A DNA stretch of 63,972 nucleotides, counting the filler, from Octopus bimaculoides (taxonomy: Eukaryota): the NCBI RefSeq assembly GCF_001194135.2. It is 5 parts of 5 records of this genome, joined end to end, with 100 filler letters (N's around TTAATTAATTAA, not from the genome) between each part and the next. Parts side by side here need not be neighbours in the genome. Positions count along the whole stretch, not along the records: positions 60,106 to 63,972 come from NC_068989.1; 4 more parts are not named here. The stretch is one strand, 5' to 3'. Position numbers and translations under genes: made by a program. The notes below the pieces were generated by a model. That model did not search any database. It was not told the origin of the DNA and worked only from the letters and a program-made list of their open reading frames with translations. Below are positions 61,926 to 63,972 of the stretch, one piece after another (position 1 is the first letter of the stretch; each line of letters opens with the position of its first letter).

Positions 61926-62637
61926 TAGCATCTAGTGTCAGTTACAAGACTATGTCATATACATTTTGGACTTGGTGCTTTGTAAAACAAAAACCTTTAT
62001 TTATTTATTTTCCATAGAGTTCTACGGCTGTACTAAAAACAAAACTGATAGAGGTCAAATAAATAATTTTGTTAACTGACATTCGCCTTTTCTTCTTAAG
62101 ACAATTTTCAGCAATACACTAGGGTATTGTTTTTTAAGAGTAATTCCCCAATCAATTTTGGTACCAAAACTAAAAATCTATATGTCTATTGTCTTGGTAT
62201 ATATCACATGGGAGAAAAGAAGAGGTAGAATTGATCACCTTTAAGGAGAAAAATATGTTTCACTTATTTTTTACAACTTTACTATTCGACTGCTGATATA
62301 CATTGCTAATGAAATTCACATAAGATTTACAGTAGCACAAGGGACTACCATAGTTCTATTACACAGTCTTTGTATAGCTATAATAGCTGTTCTCTACTAT
62401 CAAAATTTTGTTCATAATGAACACCATAGCAAACTTATTCCCCACCCATCTCCGACTTATAGTATAATCAAATGAAGCACCTATTATACGATATTTATGA
62501 ATGAATTGAATCGTATAATTACGAATATAGATATCTATATAGAATAGCAATGAAGCTTTTTATTGTATAAAAAGTATGTGAATTTGTGAATGTGTGAACT
62601 GCAAAATAATCAGTGGTTAGATAGATAGATAGATACA

Positions 62638-62669
<32 letters not shown>

Positions 62670-62741
62670 CATTTGTGTATATATATATATATATAAAGTG
62701 TAGTATATTGCCACTTAAGTGTGGCTGACCCCTAGAGAATT

Positions 62742-62784
<43 letters not shown>

Positions 62785-63972
62785 GCACATGTATGCATAT
62801 ATGTATGTATGCGTGTATGTATATATATATATGTATGTAGGTATGTATGCATGTATGTATGTATGTATGTATGTATGCCTGTATGTATGTATGTATGTAT
62901 GTATGTATGTATGTANNNNNNNNNNATGTATGCCTGTATGTATGTATGTATGTATGTATGTATGTATGTATGTATGTATGTATGTATGTGCGTATGTATC
63001 TTTACTTTTCTGTCATCGAAGTATTTTCTATATCGATCAATGCAGAAATGTGAGTTACCGTGTACAAATTGACTTGAATAAGTTTACATCTGTCTGAACG
63101 TTTAAACTCGTGTTCAATAGAAAAATTATGATTTATGTGTTTATTCGTCTATGCGAATGCACAATTGTGTGCGCATTTGTTTGAGTCTGCATATGTATAT
63201 GTGTGAGTCTCTGTGTCTGTGCATATATCTGCATCCGCTCGTGCGTGTATGTGTGTATGCCTGTGTGTATGTGTGTAGGTGAGTGGGTGTATGTGTGTGT
63301 GGACTGGGTTGAATTGTGTATGCATGATTAAGCATATGAAAGCGAAATATTGGATTCCATTATTGAATTTCTTGCAATTGTAAATACTTTATCTTGTTTG
63401 AGCCTACTAAATACATTATGTTGCTTAAATCTACTTTGTTTATCCGGGAATGTAAAGGTCGTTAACTAAACCCAAGAATAATGTTATGAGAATCGAATAA
63501 AGAATGTTTAAATTCTGAAAATATAGAAAATTTACATTAATAAATGTATTTCTAATTCGATAAAATCTTCACTAAATCATCCACTGTCACGATGGTTCAT
63601 TTCAATGGACTGCTTTAAACCTGTCAAAACTTCTAATAGTGTGGTTTTTGTAACAGAAAACTGCACACACACACACACACACACAAACACAGACACACAC
63701 ACACACACATACACACACACACACACAGAGACACACCTACAGAATCACTCACGCACGCACACTCGCAGGTACACACGCATGCACAATCGCGCGGGCTATG
63801 CACCATTCCAGTATAATATTTATTCATTATACTAGAAACCCTTTCAGTCCATAAATATTTAGCAAAACACAATATTACCAGACGCCTCAAGAGATAAGTT
63901 TGTCTGTTCTTCGATTAACTATAAAGGACCATAATACACAGAAATGAATCACTGCTGTTATTTTTTGGTTTG

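Noticed and set aside
287-63890. The many ORFs rich in YI, HT, CV, MYVC, poly-N/I/Y/S/T or X
   Set aside because: They are translations of microsatellites or N gaps, not genes.

Overview
AT-rich, repeat-saturated eukaryotic DNA with dense microsatellites and many N gaps. No host protein-coding exon can be called with confidence. The SINE set, the (TAA)n-associated LINEs and the microsatellite load suggest a coleoid cephalopod, probably Octopus; this is inferred from repeat content, not from a database hit. Nearly all ORFs in the supplied track are microsatellite or gap artefacts. The real coding signal is decayed transposable elements. These are: four R4/Dong-type LINE fragments, a second REL-endonuclease LINE lineage, one Tx1/L1 fragment, one RTE 3' end, two different Penelope-like elements with C-terminal GIY-YIG domains, and a Chapaev3-type transposase. 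Non-coding mobile elements include about four tRNA-derived SINE families (labels A-D are mine), hAT and mariner MITEs, and three Helentron-associated (HINE/DINE-like) elements. The best candidate for something undescribed is a roughly 200-nt GC-rich structured-RNA island at 10864-11060. It consists of a type I hammerhead ribozyme fold (all three stems pair, GUC cleavage triplet, one core substitution A9G) followed by a compact multi-hairpin domain, and it resembles a retrozyme or a Penelope pLTR module. Other notable items are a 257-bp near-perfect palindrome, a 106-bp perfectly identical inverted copy of a decayed LINE segment, a tail-to-tail LINE/Chapaev deletion fusion and a perfect DR1 nuclear-receptor element. 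Coordinates of degenerate repeats are approximate (about 10-30 bp). All alignments and folds were done by eye.
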